From a virus (Duplodnaviria > Caudoviricetes), in the IMG/VR virus record IMGVR_UViG_3300027639_000001, positions 1 to 59,148 of that record: a DNA stretch of 59,148 nt. One strand, written 5' to 3'. Of this stretch, positions 35,712 through 47,500 are shown one piece after another. The notes beneath the pieces are model-generated. The model was not told the origin of the DNA. It saw only the letters and a list, made by a program, of their open reading frames with translations, and did no database searches. Both the position numbers and the translations under genes were made by a program. The first letter of the stretch is position 1. Each line of letters begins with the position of its first letter.

Positions 35712-36698
35712 GTGAGCAATGAACTACTTGAAAAAGTAATTCGTACTACTGAAGTAGGTTCTGGTGGTGGTGGTTTACTTAACGCCGACCAAAGCAACAA
35801 GTTTATCGACTATATGTTCGATGCAACTGTACTTGGTAAAGAATGTCGTCAGATCCGTATGAGCGCATCTGAAGCTGATATTGATAAGATTGGCGTAGGT
35901 CAACGTATCGCTCGTTTAGCAACAGAAGCTGTTGACACTGGTGTCAACGCTGCTGTTCAATTCACTAAAGTTACAATCTCAACAAAGAAACTTCGTTTAG
36001 ACTGGGAACTTTCAAGTGAATCACTAGAAGATAACATTGAGGGGGCTGATCTAGAAGACACAATCGCTAGATTAATGGCTACTCAATTCGGTAATGATCT
36101 AGAAGATCTTGCTATTAATGGTGATACAGCTTCATCAGATCCACTTATTAAATCATTCGATGGTTGGTACAAACTTGCATTAGCTGGTGCACATATTGTT
36201 GATGGTCAAGGAGATACACTTAACCGTTTGCAATTTAACAAGGCTCTTAAGGCTATGCCACGTAACTACATGCAGCGTCGTAACCAATTGTCATTCTATA
36301 GTGGTTCCAACGCAATTCAGGATTACCTATACAGCTTAACTGATCTAAGCACAACTCCTGAAAATATTGCGGAATCAATGATCCGTACTGGACCAGTTCG
36401 TACAGAAGGCGGTGCCGGATTTGTTTCATCTTATGCTTTTGGTATTCCTGTAAAGGAAGTTCCACTATTTGATGAAACTGCCGATGGTACTTATTCTGGT
36501 GCTTCTGGCGATCACGGACATCTTGAACTTACATTCCCTAAGAATAGACTTTGGGGTATTAAGAGAGATGTTAAGATCTACAGCCAGTTCGACCAGAAGA
36601 AAGACACAATTGAATACACTGTATATGTTCGTTTTGGTGTTCAAATCGAAAACACAGACGCGTATGTAGTTGTTTCTAATGTTGGTATTACAAGTTAA
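35712..36698 (+). CDS. major capsid protein (HK97 fold)
   Basis: GGLL...Q...FI, E.LEDNIEG, DLEDLAINGD; follows protease; terminator after. Confidence 0.9.
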   Translation: MSNELLEKVIRTTEVGSGGGGLLNADQSNKFIDYMFDATVLGKECRQIRMSASEADIDKIGVGQRIARLATEAVDTGVNAAVQFTKVTISTKKLRLDWELSSESLEDNIEGADLEDTIARLMATQFGNDLEDLAINGDTASSDPLIKSFDGWYKLALAGAHIVDGQGDTLNRLQFNKALKAMPRNYMQRRNQLSFYSGSNAIQDYLYSLTDLSTTPENIAESMIRTGPVRTEGGAGFVSSYAFGIPVKEVPLFDETADGTYSGASGDHGHLELTFPKNRLWGIKRDVKIYSQFDQKKDTIEYTVYVRFGVQIENTDAYVVVSNVGITS

Positions 36699-36721
36699 TA
36701 TGGTTGTCTAATTTAATATCG

Positions 36722-36750
36722 AATATAGGGCGGGTTTCCCGCCCTATATT
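36722..36750 (+). terminator. terminator hairpin after capsid gene
   Basis: AATATAGGGCGGG-TTT-CCCGCCCTATATT. Confidence 0.75.
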
Positions 36751-36795
36751 GCTTTTCATAAAAGATATATGATAGAATCGATTCAAGGAGGTAAA

Positions 36796-37218
36796 ATGTC
36801 TTTTAGCGGATTAAAAGTAGATGAATTAAGAAAAGCATGTGATTTTTTTGCGGTGGATGTTGAACCAAAAGCCAAAAAAGAAGAATTAATTTTAGAGTTA
36901 CAAAATAATGGTGTAGATTGGCAATCATATCAAAAATTTGTTTTGGGTGAACCAGATGTTCCGGTAGAGAGCACTCGTGTTGAACCGAAAAAGGTTGTAA
37001 CGGAAGAGCTTCAAGCAGCAGACAATAAATACACAAATAGTACAGTTCTTGTGAAGTTGCAAGGCAAAAATGCTTCGTTTGAAGTAATGGGATTTAAATT
37101 TACTCAAAGAAATCCTTATAATGCAATGCCAGCAGATAAGGCTCAGAAAATAATGGATTGGCATCCTGGAGTTTTTTGTGTAGCAACACCCAGAGAAGTT
37201 CAAGAATTCTATAGTTAA
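36796..37218 (+). CDS. hypothetical head-region protein
   Basis: GGAGG RBS; LKVDELRK N-terminus; ATPREVQEFYS end. Confidence 0.7.
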   Translation: MSFSGLKVDELRKACDFFAVDVEPKAKKEELILELQNNGVDWQSYQKFVLGEPDVPVESTRVEPKKVVTEELQAADNKYTNSTVLVKLQGKNASFEVMGFKFTQRNPYNAMPADKAQKIMDWHPGVFCVATPREVQEFYS

Positions 37219-37223
37219 TAAAT

Positions 37224-37274
37224 AAAAGGGGCTAAATGCCCCTTTTTGCTATAAAAAATCAATTATGCTACAAT
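37224..37274 (+). promoter_or_regulatory. terminator hairpin overlapping a promoter
   Basis: AAAAGGGGC/GCCCCTTTTT, then TTGCTA-17 bp-TACAAT. Confidence 0.65.
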
Positions 37275-37292
37275 TGGCCTGGTGAAGAAATT

Positions 37293-38156
37293 TTGAAATA
37301 TATCTATTCCAATACTTTATCATCGTTAACATATAATATTTATGTAGATGGTGTATTAACAAATGCAGATTCTAATGTTTCTGTATCGGTAAATGGCGTT
37401 CCTCTTGGAACAGCCGCTACAACTTCAACCGGCAAGTATTCAAAACCTTTACCATCAACCTATAACGCAGAAAACGGGGAACTTGATGTTCAATGGTCGT
37501 TCTCCCTCTCTGATAACCCATATCTAATAGATGAATGTTATCAAGTTATTACACCTTATGTAACATGGGATGAAGTTTATGATAAATTTACTACCTATGG
37601 TAAAACATATCAAGATTATTTAGAGGCAGAGAGCTTAGTAAGAAACATTATTGATGTTTACTGTGGTCAAAAGTTTATGAAGTTCGAAGCACAATTAGAG
37701 GCTGAGGGAACAGGCACTGATGGCCTTATTTTGCCAAATAGATTAATAACATTAGATGATGTTCAGTGGTATGACGATCAAAATGTTATTTATGTAGATC
37801 AAGACACTCCATGGGAACTGGCTGCTGATGGATGGATATTAAGAAAGCAGTCCTATTATGACAAGTTTGATCCGACTTGGCCAGGTAGAGATAAGTTCAG
37901 AAGAAATAGAATATATTTCGTCTCAGGATTATGGGGCTATGAATGTGTACCTGAAGAAATCCATGAGGCAGCTGGAGTCTTAATAGAAGATTATATTTGT
38001 CCAGATCAGAACTATAGAAATAAATATCTAGATAATATTAGATCTGGTGAATGGAGGCTTGAATACAATAGTTTTGCCTTCATAGGAACAGGCAATGCTG
38101 TAGCAGATCAATTGCTTAATTCATATAGAAGATTCCCTGAGTTTGGTGTGATATAA
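37293..38156 (+). CDS. head-to-tail adaptor
   Basis: R..ID.YCGQ.F, G.WGY..VP..I..A, GTGN..AD.LL; position. Confidence 0.7.
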   Translation: MKYIYSNTLSSLTYNIYVDGVLTNADSNVSVSVNGVPLGTAATTSTGKYSKPLPSTYNAENGELDVQWSFSLSDNPYLIDECYQVITPYVTWDEVYDKFTTYGKTYQDYLEAESLVRNIIDVYCGQKFMKFEAQLEAEGTGTDGLILPNRLITLDDVQWYDDQNVIYVDQDTPWELAADGWILRKQSYYDKFDPTWPGRDKFRRNRIYFVSGLWGYECVPEEIHEAAGVLIEDYICPDQNYRNKYLDNIRSGEWRLEYNSFAFIGTGNAVADQLLNSYRRFPEFGVI

Positions 38157-38582
38157 GTGGCATGTATTTTATCTTCAAGATATGTGTATGAAGCTGATAT
38201 TTATAAAAAAACTATAACTAAAAACTCTAGTGGACAACTTATAAGCAATTGGGTGTTCGATAGAACAATAGTCTGTTATGCGGAAACTATTGTTGATGGC
38301 GGAGTAAAGTCAGCAGCTACAACAGAGACGTTTGATATACGCTATGAAAATGTCGATTGGGTTAAAATAACTAGTGGTCAAGCCTTAAGACGTTCAGATA
38401 GAGTTACCAATATTCGTAATAAAGCAACTCAAGAACTTGTCTGGAAAGAGGAAGAAATAAAAAATAATCCAGCAACTTGGTTTAATTCAAACGGGTCTGC
38501 ACCAATAAATGATCCATTTGGAAGAACAGTTGAGTATAAAACTTTAATCAAGAGAGCAGAGGTTCAGGGTAATGGCAATTAA
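38157..38582 (+). CDS. head-to-tail stopper
   Basis: size and position; G.....W, RVTNIR, DPFG. Confidence 0.6.
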   Translation: MACILSSRYVYEADIYKKTITKNSSGQLISNWVFDRTIVCYAETIVDGGVKSAATTETFDIRYENVDWVKITSGQALRRSDRVTNIRNKATQELVWKEEEIKNNPATWFNSNGSAPINDPFGRTVEYKTLIKRAEVQGNGN

Positions 38583-39387
38583 TATACAAGCAGAATTAGC
38601 AAAAATAGAAACTGTTGTTTCAAAAATTAATTCTATTGGTGTAACCCTAAAGACAGAAAGTCATATTTCCTCTATGCTCAAAGCTTCCCATTCAGTTATG
38701 GCATCTGGATTTGTTTCTCACATGACAATAGAATCTATGAAGAATCCACAAAAATTTCATCATATGTATGAGTGGAGTCAAATTGGTGATCCAAACGCTA
38801 GATTATGGAGACATGTTTTACGTGGTGGTGGAAAGAGCAGAAAGGCATTTTTTGAATTCAAAGCGTCTAAAAAAACTGTTCCTGTACCCAAAGAACTTCA
38901 GGCCGTAGGCGTCAAGAGAAGACACATTTTTTATTGGAAAGCTCCAATAATTGAATATGGTCTTCCAGTTAGAATTTCTCCTAAAACAGCAAAAGCACTT
39001 GTTTACTTGAAAAAAGCTAGTCAGTCAAATCCAAATTCAAGATTTGTTGGGTGGGAGTCTGGCGGAATTATTTATAGAGAATCACCTGTCAATATCGATA
39101 AGCAGGGAAATAAAATGACTTGGGGATCATTTACTAAAGAGTATATAGCATGGTTTTCGGGAGATGAACCTAAAAAACTTGTACAAAATGCGGTCTTGAA
39201 ACCGGCAGGTAAAACTATAAAGCAGGTTCTAGATTCAGAATTAAAGCAGGTAAATAAAAAGAAGTTTAGACAAAAAACTTTATCAATTGAAGCAATTGCA
39301 TATGATCCTACTATAGGCGCAAAGTTGCAACAAGCACTTAATAACAATTATGCATTGGCATCAAAAAATAGGATGGTTGAAGAATGA
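38572..39387 (+). CDS. neck/tail completion-type protein
   Basis: HHMYEW..IG....RL; position. Confidence 0.5.
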   Translation: MAINIQAELAKIETVVSKINSIGVTLKTESHISSMLKASHSVMASGFVSHMTIESMKNPQKFHHMYEWSQIGDPNARLWRHVLRGGGKSRKAFFEFKASKKTVPVPKELQAVGVKRRHIFYWKAPIIEYGLPVRISPKTAKALVYLKKASQSNPNSRFVGWESGGIIYRESPVNIDKQGNKMTWGSFTKEYIAWFSGDEPKKLVQNAVLKPAGKTIKQVLDSELKQVNKKKFRQKTLSIEAIAYDPTIGAKLQQALNNNYALASKNRMVEE

Positions 39388-39980
39388 GCAAGTGGTCCAT
39401 AGCCCCATACTATTTTATCAATAAGTTTATTGAGGCTAGTCTAAGAAATGAAGATATTATTCCCGCAGAATCTAGTTATATGACAGAATTAGATTCACAA
39501 GATGTCTCACTTCCATTTTTTATACCAGCGCAACAAACAGCTGAAATGACTTCAGCCTATAATGAAGCAATTATAGAGCCAGGCGAAGAGGGTTTCGTAG
39601 ATTTGCCTTTCGGTATATATACTGTAGCAATTCTATCGAGATCCGATTCGCCATTTTTTAGTTGTGGACGAATCGCCTACACTTTTTATTCACATGATGT
39701 AGATAAGTTGTTAGAAATAGTAAATTATGTAGTTAATTTATGTCAACGTGAAGATTGGACAGCAGCAGATATAAATGACTTTTTAAAGTCTGATGCCAAT
39801 AATCCATTCGAATTTAAGACAATAATTTCTGAAAATTCGGCCGGTCCAATGGAAACAGAAGATGAAGGTGGAAGATATGCTTATATGGTAGTAGTTTATT
39901 ATGAATCTACATATGAGGGTCTTTCTAGAGATTCAGATGGTCCAACAGTATTTTCTGGCAATTTGGGTATGTGGCATTAA
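39384..39980 (+). CDS. tail terminator-like protein
   Basis: acidic, immediately before the major tail gene. Confidence 0.55.
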   Translation: MSKWSIAPYYFINKFIEASLRNEDIIPAESSYMTELDSQDVSLPFFIPAQQTAEMTSAYNEAIIEPGEEGFVDLPFGIYTVAILSRSDSPFFSCGRIAYTFYSHDVDKLLEIVNYVVNLCQREDWTAADINDFLKSDANNPFEFKTIISENSAGPMETEDEGGRYAYMVVVYYESTYEGLSRDSDGPTVFSGNLGMWH

Positions 39981-40067
39981 TTTGCAACATAATTGTCATT
40001 ATGGGATAATATTAATTGGAAGAAGACGGCGGTTTGAAATTTTTGAAAAGGAGGGTAAAACCTAAAA

Positions 40068-40811
40068 ATGGCACAAGGTAATTCACGTAATATTATTGTT
40101 GGAGCAGCAGCTATGTATATTTCTGCAAAAGACTCGCTAGATCCAACATTCTATACCAGCTCTGATTCTGATATTCCATCACCAGCTATTCCAACTTTAA
40201 GCTCAGGTGTTTCAGCGGTATCAGCTTTAGATGGTAGCTCCGCTTGGAGATTTACCGGTTATACTCAAGAAGGTGTTGAGGTAGCTTACGAACCTGATTA
40301 TGGTGAAGTAGAAGTTGACCAATTGCTTGACGCTGCTAAGATGTATAAGCAAAAAATGACTATGAGTGTTCGAACAACTCTTGTTGAAGCAACTCTAGAA
40401 AATCTAATGGTTGCATGGGCACAGTCTCCAAACGTTTCTGAAGGACAAGCACCTTCATATAAAGCGAATGGTGTTGGTGGACTAAATGACACTACAGGTT
40501 TCGATCAAGGTGGTTCAGCAGTAACTCTAAATGAGGGTGATGAACATCTTGGTATGGCTGCTGGTGCTCTTGGTATTGAGCCGGTAGAACGTTCACTTGC
40601 TTTCGTTGGACTATCACCTAGATCAAAGGTTGATGGAAAGAAGAGAGAAAGAATTTACCACGCGCGTAGATCACTTCAGGTTGAATCATCAACTCATGGT
40701 TTAAAGCGTGCTGAAGCTACTGTATTCCCAGTATCATTCCGTTTGCTACCTGCAAGCGTTTCTGGTGCGGAATATGGTTCTATTCGTGACAGAGTTATTA
40801 CAACTGCGTAA
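40068..40811 (+). CDS. major tail (tube) protein
   Basis: NIIVGAA, GYT..G....Y.P...EV.VDQ, T.L.EATLENL, FPV.FR.LP. Confidence 0.85.
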   Translation: MAQGNSRNIIVGAAAMYISAKDSLDPTFYTSSDSDIPSPAIPTLSSGVSAVSALDGSSAWRFTGYTQEGVEVAYEPDYGEVEVDQLLDAAKMYKQKMTMSVRTTLVEATLENLMVAWAQSPNVSEGQAPSYKANGVGGLNDTTGFDQGGSAVTLNEGDEHLGMAAGALGIEPVERSLAFVGLSPRSKVDGKKRERIYHARRSLQVESSTHGLKRAEATVFPVSFRLLPASVSGAEYGSIRDRVITTA

Positions 40812-40831
40812 TCTCTAGTTTCACGTTATCT

Positions 40832-40860
40832 GATAGCCCTGGTTCGCCAGGGCTATCTTT
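40832..40860 (+). terminator. intrinsic terminator
   Basis: GATAGCCCTGG-TTCG-CCAGGGCTATC-TTT. Confidence 0.8.
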
Positions 40861-40926
40861 AGTTTAGTTGCAAAATAATTATTGCTATGATACTATTTAT
40901 TTTAAGATAACGTGAAAGGAACTATA

Positions 40927-41265
40927 ATGGCAAATAGAGTTTATTCTGTCGAGGATATTGAACTACAGGATTGGGACAAGCCAATCAGAATACATCCTCT
41001 TACTATTAAAAAGCTAAAGAAACTATTTGAGAAAATAGATTTTGAAAATGAAGATGTAAAAAAGAAATCATTACTAGATGTATTTTTAGATGCTGTTGCT
41101 GTTGCAATGGAAACATTTGAACCAAGATTGAGTGATCCAGATGTTTTATCAGAACATATCGATCAACCAACCCTAGAACATATTTTAGATGTAGCAGCAG
41201 GGGTGAAGTTAAATGACCCAAATCTAGCAGCGGCGATGGCGAACAATCAGGATGGGATCAATTAG
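40927..41265 (+). CDS. tail assembly chaperone (G)
   Basis: between major tail and tape measure; ends shortly after a slippery site. Confidence 0.75.
   Translation: MANRVYSVEDIELQDWDKPIRIHPLTIKKLKKLFEKIDFENEDVKKKSLLDVFLDAVAVAMETFEPRLSDPDVLSEHIDQPTLEHILDVAAGVKLNDPNLAAAMANNQDGIN
41217..41223 (+). other. -1 programmed frameshift heptamer C CCA AAT
   Basis: X XXY YYZ in frame; -1 frame is open from here to 41555 and closed by TGA just upstream. Confidence 0.75.
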
Positions 41266-41555
41266 TAGATCTAGAAGCTGAACTTATGTATTTATACCCG
41301 GGAACTTGGAAAAGTTTTGATGATTTAGAGGAAAATCTAACTAGACAAGAATTAGCAGTCATGTTAGAAAAAGGTAGAGACTTGAAGCGAGAACAATATA
41401 AGTTCATGGCAGCACTAAAGGGTATAGATCTAGATAAAGAACAGCAGTCATCTTTTGATGATGTAAAACGTCGTGCAGCCGCAAGAGTTGCCGGAATGTC
41501 TGAAGAGCAAATTGAGCTTGATGGTATGATTCAAGTTATAGAAGAGGATGAATAA
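41217..41555 (+). CDS. tail assembly chaperone frameshift extension (T)
   Basis: -1 frame: W..L.DLEAEL....G.WK.FDDLEENL. Confidence 0.7.
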   Translation, partial: PKSSSGDGEQSGWDQLVDLEAELMYLYPGTWKSFDDLEENLTRQELAVMLEKGRDLKREQYKFMAALKGIDLDKEQQSSFDDVKRRAAARVAGMSEEQIELDGMIQVIEEDE

Positions 41556-41557
41556 AA

Positions 41558-44500
41558 ATAGAACAAATTACAATAAGCTTTCAAGGTGAAGCTGACTTTA
41601 AAAAGGTTCAGGCCGAACTAACAGCCCTAAACAGATCTATTGGAGATTTGGGTAGGGGTATTGAAACTTTAAATTCTAAAACTCTTTCTTCTAAAATGGC
41701 TAGAGATATTCAAGCCATTGCTCAACCTAAATTTGATTGGGATATGGGGCTTCGTCAAGCTGATCAGATGGCGAAGCTTATCCAAAAGAATAAAGTCGGA
41801 ATTAGCGAATTCTTTGGACAATGGCGCAAAATGGGTGATATGGCTGTTCAGCAAGCCAGATTACAAAACTCATTATCTAAAAATCTAGGTAATGGTGCTA
41901 TGCAAATAACGGTTCCAACAGCTAGCTCTGTAAAAGAATTTACATCGAGCATGGAACTTGCTAACAGAGAAATGTCTTTGCATGGTGAACTTTTAAAATC
42001 TACTGGTACCCAAATTCAAAATTGGGGTAAAAATACTCAGTGGGCTGGTAGACAGCTTATGGTTGGTTTTACAATTCCTTTTGCAGCAGCAGCCGCTGCT
42101 GCTGGTGTTTATGCTTACACCGTGGACAAAGAATTAACCCGAATTGAAAAGGTCTATGATGGAACAACCGAGGGCCTTAGAAAAATGTCAATGGAAACAG
42201 CCAAAATGGTTACTCAAACAATGGGTCAGCCAGTTAAAGAAACATTAGACGTTATGGGTCAATTAGCTGCTGTAGGTAAACAAGGTGTAGATTTGCAAAG
42301 ATCAACTGCTGAAGTTCAGAGACTAACAACCTTGGGTGAAATGGATAGAATGGATTCACTTAAAGCTGTCATTTCATTGCAATCTACATTTAAAATGAGT
42401 ACTCAGGAAACTACTGAGGCCATCAACTATATGAACGCCGTTGAAAATGCTACCTCATTGAGCATGCAAGATTTTGCTGAAGCTATTCCGCGCGCAGCTG
42501 CTCCAGTAGCAGAATTGGGCGGTAGCATTAAAGAACTTGGTACTATTTTAGTAGCCATGAAAGAACGTGGTGTGGATGCTGCTGAAGGTTCAAATGCTAT
42601 TAAAACCGTTATGAATAGATTGCTTAATCCCGCAAAAGAAACAGAGCAATTATTCCAGCAATTAACGGGGAAATCTCTTAAAGATTTTATTACGACCACT
42701 AAAGGTCAACTAATGCCTACAATGATGGGGCTTTCAAAGATTATTCAAGAATCTAATCTTTCTGTAGCTGAACAACAGCAATTAATTGGTCAATTAGCTG
42801 GTTCATATCAGATGACCAGAATGACTTCTATTTTGCAAGGTCTAGCCGACACAGGTGGTCAGGTAGGAAGAGCAATGGAAGTTGCCAAACAAGGTGCTGG
42901 AGATTTGGCAAATGTGGCTGGTAACGAACTCCAAAAGCAAGTTGGAAGCCTTTCTGGTCAATTTAACATAGCACTTGAAGGATTTAAATCAGAGTTTCAA
43001 GAATTCGGTGAAATAGCGCTTAAGGTGGCAACATTAATCCTTAAGAGTGGTGAAGCAGTTCTATCATTTGTTAATAACATGCCAGATTGGGTTAAAAGCG
43101 GAATAGTTATTCTTGGAGCTTTTACAGCTATTGCTGGTCCATTAGTCATGATTGCTGGTTTAATTGGTAACCTTATTGGAACTGGTGCTAAGTTAGTTGG
43201 TTCATTTATGCGTCTTGCTGGTGGATATAAGTCTATGACTATTGAGCAAAAGGCTGCCCAAATGGCTTCTGGAACTTACAACAAGATGCTTTTAACTGAG
43301 GCTGACAGTGTTCAAATACTTATTTTCCAATTAGAAAAACTTCAGGCCGCATATAAAGCAACAAGTATGGCAGCAACTGCCCCGGGTAATAATTTAAATC
43401 AAATTAACGGAATGGCTATAGGTAGAACCAAAGATGGATCAATGTACATTAACGATCCAAAAATTGGTCCTAGAGCATTGAATGCTTCTGAAAAATCGGC
43501 ATACAATGAACAGGTTGCAATTGCTGCAACAGCCAGGGAACAAGCAAAGGTTACAGATGAAACCAAAAAGTCTGCTACTGCTCAACGCGCCTTTACTGGA
43601 GAATCTTTGCTTGCTGTATCTGCTGTGTCAGGTATTGCGTCTATGGCTATGGGTGCAAATAGCAGTTTTGCAGAATGGTTAAATTATATTTCATTGGCTT
43701 CTGTAGCGCTTTATGCGCTTATGCCTATCTTAGGTAAAATTGGAACAGCAATTAAAGCTAATGCCGCCGCACAATCTCTTATGGGAATTGGCGGAGGTGG
43801 ATTAGCTGCTAAAGGTGCCGGAATGCTGTCAGGAATTGGATCATTTTTAATGAATCCAGCTACATTATTAGTAGGTGCTGGTGTTGCTACGGCTTATGGT
43901 ATATACTCATTAGTTACTGCTGAATCAAGAGAGCAACTTGCAAACATGGAGGCCGTAAAGAATTCTACAGATCTTTGGTCCAAGTCCCTTGGTTTTGTTA
44001 AGCAAGAAATGGGTCAAATTAAAACTGCTTCTGGAGAAGTTAAGGATACTGTTGATAGTATTGCTCAAAAGATGAGAGAAGAAAATTCTCCATTAGTTCA
44101 AGAAGTGAGAAAGCTTAGCGATGGAAAGCTATATGACAGAATTAGAACTGAACTTTATAAGCTTCAGGGTCAAGGACTTCCACAAGATCAGATTACTCAG
44201 GGACTAGATGCTTTACTTCGTGCCGCAGGTAAAAAGAAGGAAGAAATTGATAAAATTATGGGTCAAATTAAATTCGATTTCGATTTTACTGGCTCTAAAA
44301 AAGATTTAGATAAATTCCTTTCAGATGTAAGGAGAAGAACATTTGATTCTACTATTGCTGGTGGAGCGTTCCAAGGCGATCCAGGATTTTTTGGAAAACT
44401 TTCTCAAGTTACTGACCAGGGTGCCGCAGGCATTAAAGAGACAGCCAAAACTTTATGGGACAGAATGGTAAATCTTGATCCTTCTCAAAGAGCGTATCTT

Positions 44501-47500
44501 TTGAATAATATAACCACACAAATGTCAGACATTCAAAAACAAACAGCAGATAGGATTAATCAAAAATTCAAGGGTACTGTAGGGTTTAATTCTGGTCCAG
44601 CATATAACTGGGAACAATTAATGCAAAAGTATACAACATTTAGTGATAAATATGGTGTATTTAGTGCAAAAACAGATGATGCCTTTTCAAAAGAAATTGC
44701 TCTTGCTGCTAATTCTATGAGATCGTTTACAACAGAGGTTGCTAATTTGGCTGGTGTTTCTCCGGATGTAAGTAAGAAATTTAAGACATTTAGTGACTTG
44801 CTTCCACACCTGAACCAAGGAACTATGTCTGGTGAACAAGCTATTAAGCAATATGGTGAGGCTTTGAGTGCAGCAGAAAAAGATGGTAAAAAGCTTACAG
44901 ATGAGCAAAAATTACAATTGGCAACAATTTATGCTTTGGCTGGTGGATTAGATGCTGCTAAATTAGCAACTGGAGAATATACAAGAAAGCAAACAGACCT
45001 TGGTGCAGAAACTCAGGCTAATGCAACTAAACTTCAAGCATTTCTTACTACGTTAAAAAACGTTAATTCTGAACAGGGTAAATTCTTTGATGCAAAGACC
45101 TCTGGAAATCAAGGATTTGTTAATTTGGGTGAAGATGTTCAAAAGCAAGCTCAAACATTAGCTAATTCAACCAAACAAATTTATTCTGGTGCTTCAAGTA
45201 CTATTATGGATGCATTGGCATCACAATCTGAACGACAATTCCAAGCAAGACTAGACTCTATTAGTGCGGCATATGACAGAAAGAAGAGCGCATTGGATAG
45301 AGAATCTAAGGCTTTGGATAAATCTTGGGATGCTAGAATGAAAGATTCTAAGCGTGGATTCGATGAAACTAAGAAGCAAATTGAAAAGAATTCCGAAGCA
45401 GAAATAAAGGCAATTGATGGACAAATCAAGGCTCTTCAAGATAAGAAAGAAAAAGAGCAAGAAATTGAAGAGCAACGTCAGGCACAATTTGAAGCTGAAC
45501 AACGAAGAATCGAAAGACTTAATGAAATTGCCAATAGAAATATTGACTTCAATAGAGCAATGGCTGAAGGCAATTTGGATGAAGCTGCTCGAATTCAGAA
45601 TAATATGGCCGGTGTTCAATCTGGATGGGGTTCAGAAGATGATGCCAGAAAGTCTCAATTTGCTGCTAATCAGAGATCAAAAGAAATTGATCAACAAATT
45701 ACTGAACTTAATGAAAGAAAGCAAATCATTAATGAGGCTAAGGCAGCCAAACTAGAAGCTCTAGCTGCTGAAGAAGAGGCAGTGACAGAATCTTTGCAAA
45801 GACAAAGAGAGATGGAAAAAGAGGCTCTTCAGGAAAGAATGGACAATCTTCAAAAAGAGCAAAAGGCAAAAGAGGATACAGAGCGTCGTAAGCAAGAAAT
45901 CCAAAAGAAATCTTTGGAAATTGAACTTGCAACATTGAGAGAATTTGTTCCTCAAAACGAAGCTGAATTGTGGTCACATATTGGAAGAGTGCAAGATGCT
46001 TATGGTCGTCATGGAATCCAACTTACTATTAAAGGTGGAGAATGGGGCCAAATTATTGGTAATGCACTTCAATCCAATGTTGATAGAGCCAGAATAAATA
46101 TGTCAAATGATGCGGCATGGGCATCGTTCGGTGCTGCTGTAGCAGGTGCTATTTCTAATGGTGCGTTTGGGCTTAGCCTGGGAGACTTCTTTAACATGCT
46201 TGTAACTGGTAATCCTCCTTCAGGATGGAAACCGCCTGGCGCAAGTAAGCCATATCAAGGGCAGCGCGGCGATATGCAATATGCATTCCATACAGGTGGT
46301 TATATTGGTCGTGATACTGGTGGTAGATTAGGCAGAACTGGAGGACTTTATGATGATGAAGTTCCAGCTATTCTACAAAAAGGAGAATATGTTCTAAATA
46401 AAGATGCTGTTAGCAAGTATGGAACAGATTGGGTAGATCAAATTAATTCCGGTAAAGTTGGAATTGGTGGAGGAGACCCCGGCGTAGCTATGGCTGGTAT
46501 GTTCGGTGGCGTTATTGGAACTATGATGAGAGGGCTTATTGGGGCTACATTCTTGGGTGCTCAAGAGCAATCAGCTACTAATGGTGGACTTTCAGTTCTC
46601 AATATGGCTCAAAAGGCAGGTGTTTATGGTGGGGTTAAGCTCTCAGATGAACAATTAAGAAATGCTAACATCATTGCCAATGTTGGTAAAAGCATGGGCG
46701 CATCCACAAGAGATATCATTATCTCTTTGATGACTGCTATGCAAGAGTCGACTTTGAGAAATCTTAACTATGGTGACCGAGATTCTGTTGGTCTATTCCA
46801 GCAAAGAACATCGCAGGGTTGGGGAAGTATTGCACAAATTATGAATCCAGAATATGCTGCAATGAAGTTTTTCCAGGGATTGCTTAGAATTAAAAATAGA
46901 GATTCTATGTCACCAACTCTTGCAGCTCAAGCTGTTCAAAGATCAGCCTTTCCTTACGCCTATGCAAAATGGCAACCAATGGCTGAAGCTCTTGCGGGCG
47001 CTGGAATTGGATCAGCCAATTTCTCAAGAGCAATGTCAGGATTGCCTGGATTTGGAATGTTTGCCAGATTAATGAGCGGCAACTCTTCTGGATCTATAAT
47101 TGGATCAGGAACAGGTAAATATGCTAAACCTACATCTGGTAGAGTAACATCAGAATATGGTAACAGAAGAAATCCAATTTCGGGCAGAAATGAATTGCAC
47201 GATGGTATTGACATTGGCGCACCTTCAGGAACACCGATTTATGCAACAGACTCGGGTACAGTTGTATCTGCCGGAATGAATTCTGGTGGATTTGGTAACT
47301 GGACTATTCTAGATCACGGCGGTATTAAATCTGGTTATGCTCACCAATCTAGAATTGTAGTTTCACCAGGGCAACGAGTAAATAAGGGTCAACTAATTGG
47401 TTATGTGGGTTCAACTGGTTATTCAACTGGTCCTCACTTGCATTTCCAGATGGGTGGAGGTCCAAGAAATTGGCAAAACCCAAGAACATTTATTCCGGGA

